From an uncultured Gemmatimonadaceae bacterium (GTDB taxonomy: Bacteria > Gemmatimonadota > Gemmatimonadetes > Gemmatimonadales > Gemmatimonadaceae), in NCBI GenBank assembly GCA_963740355.1, contig CAVUDW010000003.1, forward strand, positions 1,856,001 through 1,920,000: a DNA stretch of 64,000 nt, in the 5' to 3' direction. Of the stretch, positions 61,864-64,000 are shown piece after piece; position 1 is the stretch's first letter, and the number at the start of each line of letters is the position of its first letter. A program made the translations under genes and the position numbers. The notes below the pieces were generated by a model. That model worked only from the letters and a program-made list of their open reading frames with translations. It had not been told where the DNA came from and searched no databases.

Positions 61864-62604
61864 TCAGATTCCGCTGTACCACGCATAACTGCGCGCATTC
61901 GTGCTGATCTTCAGGTCGGCCACCGAATCCGTGACCAACAGCCGTTCGATGAACTTCACGCTCTTGTAGCCGAGCTGACGCGGCACGCGCATGCGAAGCG
62001 GCCCGCCGAACGCCACGGGGAGGATGTCGCCATTCATGCCCCACGTGACGAGCGTCTGTGGGTGCATCGCCTCGTCGATGTCGATGCTGTCGTACCAGCC
62101 GTCGGCCGCGTAGTAGACCACGTATTTCGCCGACGCGCGCATCCCGCACGCCTGCAGCACGGCCGATAGCGGCGTCCCGGTCCATTCGGCCACGTACGAC
62201 CAGCCTTCCTCGCACGTGACGGCGGTGATCTGCGACTTCTGTTCCATGCTTCGCAACGTGTCGATCGAGAGCGGGAGTGGCTTCTCCACCAATCCGCCCA
62301 CATCGAGCTTCCAATTCGCGAAATGTTCTGCCTGGTGACGCGCGAATGCCTCTGTCGGCGCCGCGATCGTGTTGGCGAACGGCTGTGCCGCGATGGCGCT
62401 CCGAGGAAACTCGCGCGCGAGGGCGTTGCGGCCGAAGATTCGGTGAGCCGCGTAATTGAGCGTGTTGCCTGGCGCGAAGAGACCCTCCGCGTCTGGCGGC
62501 ACCAACCCGAATCGCCTGCTCGCGGCAACTGCCGCGCCGCCGAGCGCGGCGACCGCAGCGGTGATGCCGCCGGCCAGCAGGGATCGACGCGTGATGCGAT
62601 TCAT
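61864..62604 (-). CDS. Molybdopterin-dependent oxidoreductase (sulfite oxidase/MsrP-like), Tat-exported
   Basis: TRRSLL Tat motif, WKLDVGGLV, TCEEGWS, WTG, HPQT, FGGPLR, LGYKSVK. Confidence 0.9.
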   Translation of the reverse strand: MNRITRRSLLAGGITAAVAALGGAAVAASRRFGLVPPDAEGLFAPGNTLNYAAHRIFGRNALAREFPRSAIAAQPFANTIAAPTEAFARHQAEHFANWKLDVGGLVEKPLPLSIDTLRSMEQKSQITAVTCEEGWSYVAEWTGTPLSAVLQACGMRASAKYVVYYAADGWYDSIDIDEAMHPQTLVTWGMNGDILPVAFGGPLRMRVPRQLGYKSVKFIERLLVTDSVADLKISTNARSYAWYSGI

Positions 62605-63374
62605 GGCCGTGCCTCCGCAGCACCCGTGATCATCGCGCGCATCACTCGCCGGAATCCGGCGCGAGCGATCATCATCACGTGCACGATGGTGAACAGCACG
62701 AGGCCGATCGTCGCGATGAAGCGCAGCGTGCGCGCCGATTGGTGACCACCGAGGATGGACACACTCCACGGCAAGACGGCAGTGAACCCCGGCGACATTG
62801 CAAGGCCAGTCCAGATCACCAGCGGGAACAGCACGAACAGCACACCGAGGTACGCCGTCCGCTGCAACACATTGTGTTGACCCGGCACGTGCGTCGCGGC
62901 AGCGGTCGCGCCTCTGGTGTGCTCGGCGATGCTGTCACGAAGCGCTGGCCAGTTGCGGGTGTGTGGCGCAGGGACGAGACGGCGGGCGAAATGACCGGAA
63001 CGGGCGCCAGCGATGAGGTAGGCCGCACCGACGAAGAGCACCAGCCACGCCGACTGGAAGTGGAGCGACCGACTCCAGCCGTTCTGGTCGGGGAGCGTGA
63101 AGTTGTATCCGGTGGGCACCGTGGCGCGCGACGACGGAATCGGAATGGAAAACAGTGTCGGCGTGTTGACGTTGCCGACCTCACCCCAATAGAAGCGCGG
63201 ATGTCCGATGATCAGCTCGATGCCACTGACCACCAGCGCGAGGGTTGCGACGGTGGTCAGCCAGTGCGTGATGCGGACGAAGCGCGGGTGGGCCGGCGCG
63301 GGAGCGCTGGCCTTCACTGCCGCGGCGGGCGCGAGTTCAGGGACCCACGGCGCAGTGTGCGAAGGGACGGGCAT
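62601..63374 (-). CDS. Cytochrome b/b6 domain membrane protein (YdhU-like partner)
   Basis: VRITHW, SG, RSLHF, NVLQRTAY, TGLAMSP, ART, VHV; translationally coupled to the Mo enzyme. Confidence 0.88.
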   Translation of the reverse strand: MPVPSHTAPWVPELAPAAAVKASAPAPAHPRFVRITHWLTTVATLALVVSGIELIIGHPRFYWGEVGNVNTPTLFSIPIPSSRATVPTGYNFTLPDQNGWSRSLHFQSAWLVLFVGAAYLIAGARSGHFARRLVPAPHTRNWPALRDSIAEHTRGATAAATHVPGQHNVLQRTAYLGVLFVLFPLVIWTGLAMSPGFTAVLPWSVSILGGHQSARTLRFIATIGLVLFTIVHVMMIARAGFRRVMRAMITGAAEARP

Positions 63375-63409
63375 CACGGTCTGGGCGAAGGGGAGGCGGA
63401 GTTCGGAAC

Positions 63410-64000
63410 TTACTCCGCGATCGTGATCAACAGTTTCCCCCGTCCCCTGCCGTCGCTGTACTGGCTGTTACCCGGTGACTGGATGACCGCGAACAGCTTG
63501 TCATCGACGTGCTTCAGGCTGATCAGGACGCCAGAGCGCGGGCCGCCAATGAAGCCGGACTTGAAGATCGCGTCGCCGCCCGTCGGCGTGATTCGATTGA
63601 TCTGGGTCTGCGTCCCGCCGGTGAAGTAGTACACGTTACCCTCGTCATCGAAGGTGACATTCGGACCGAGAAGGGCACTCGTGTCGAGGCGAATGTTCTG
63701 CACCTTGACGGTGAAGGTGTTCGTCGTGATGTCGTAGATGAACGTCGAACAGACGCGAGCCGAGCCGTTGTAGATCAGGCCGATGATCTTCGTGCCCGCG
63801 CGATTCCGCTTCGTCGAGATAAAGACGTCGGGGCGATAGTTCGGGAGGGAATTCGCCGCGATGTACTGCGAGATCATGGGCAACCGGACGCTTGCCAGTA
63901 CTGCACCCGTCCCGTAGTTGTAGACTGACAGCGAGTCATTCTTGCCGATGACGAACGCGAGTGGAATGCCGGCAGGAGACAACTCCAACGCGGCGCCAAC
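63410..64000 (-). CDS. Hypothetical protein, 5' end outside the window (beta-rich)
   Basis: The frame stays open to the window edge, with protein-like composition. Confidence 0.65.
   Translation of the reverse strand, partial: VGAALELSPAGIPLAFVIGKNDSLSVYNYGTGAVLASVRLPMISQYIAANSLPNYRPDVFISTKRNRAGTKIIGLIYNGSARVCSTFIYDITTNTFTVKVQNIRLDTSALLGPNVTFDDEGNVYYFTGGTQTQINRITPTGGDAIFKSGFIGGPRSGVLISLKHVDDKLFAVIQSPGNSQYSDGRGRGKLLITIAE

Overview
GC-rich bacterial accessory region. Its gene content (TonB-dependent receptors, ECF sigma/Ser-Thr kinase pair, PEP-CTERM protein, many secreted hydrolases) resembles Gemmatimonadota; this is inference only. About 50 CDSs are supported: two type II toxin-antitoxin loci, LytS/LytTR, an Mla/MCE ABC operon, a MacAB/Lol-like exporter, msrA, an ArsR-SRPBCC-DinB operon, two TetR loci, an iodotyrosine-deiodinase-like nitroreductase, and several unusual fusions (propeller-amidohydrolase-serine hydrolase; frameshifted S9 peptidase-serine hydrolase; wHTH/BTAD-kinase-NTPase-TPR). 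No tRNA, rRNA, CRISPR, integrase or transposase was recognised. The main hidden structure lies in the first 10.5 kb: at least five co-oriented, decayed, promoterless copies of the 3' end of queG (epoxyqueuosine reductase) separate unrelated cargo modules. Two copies start with the same 26-bp non-queG motif (GATCTCAAAACGGKTATRCCGACACA). This fits attR-like scars of repeated site-specific integration into queG that built a tandem, integron-like cassette array, with the recombinase and intact queG presumably outside the window. A similar duplicated gene 3' end flanks the amine oxidase/nitroreductase module, and a REP-like element occurs twice.
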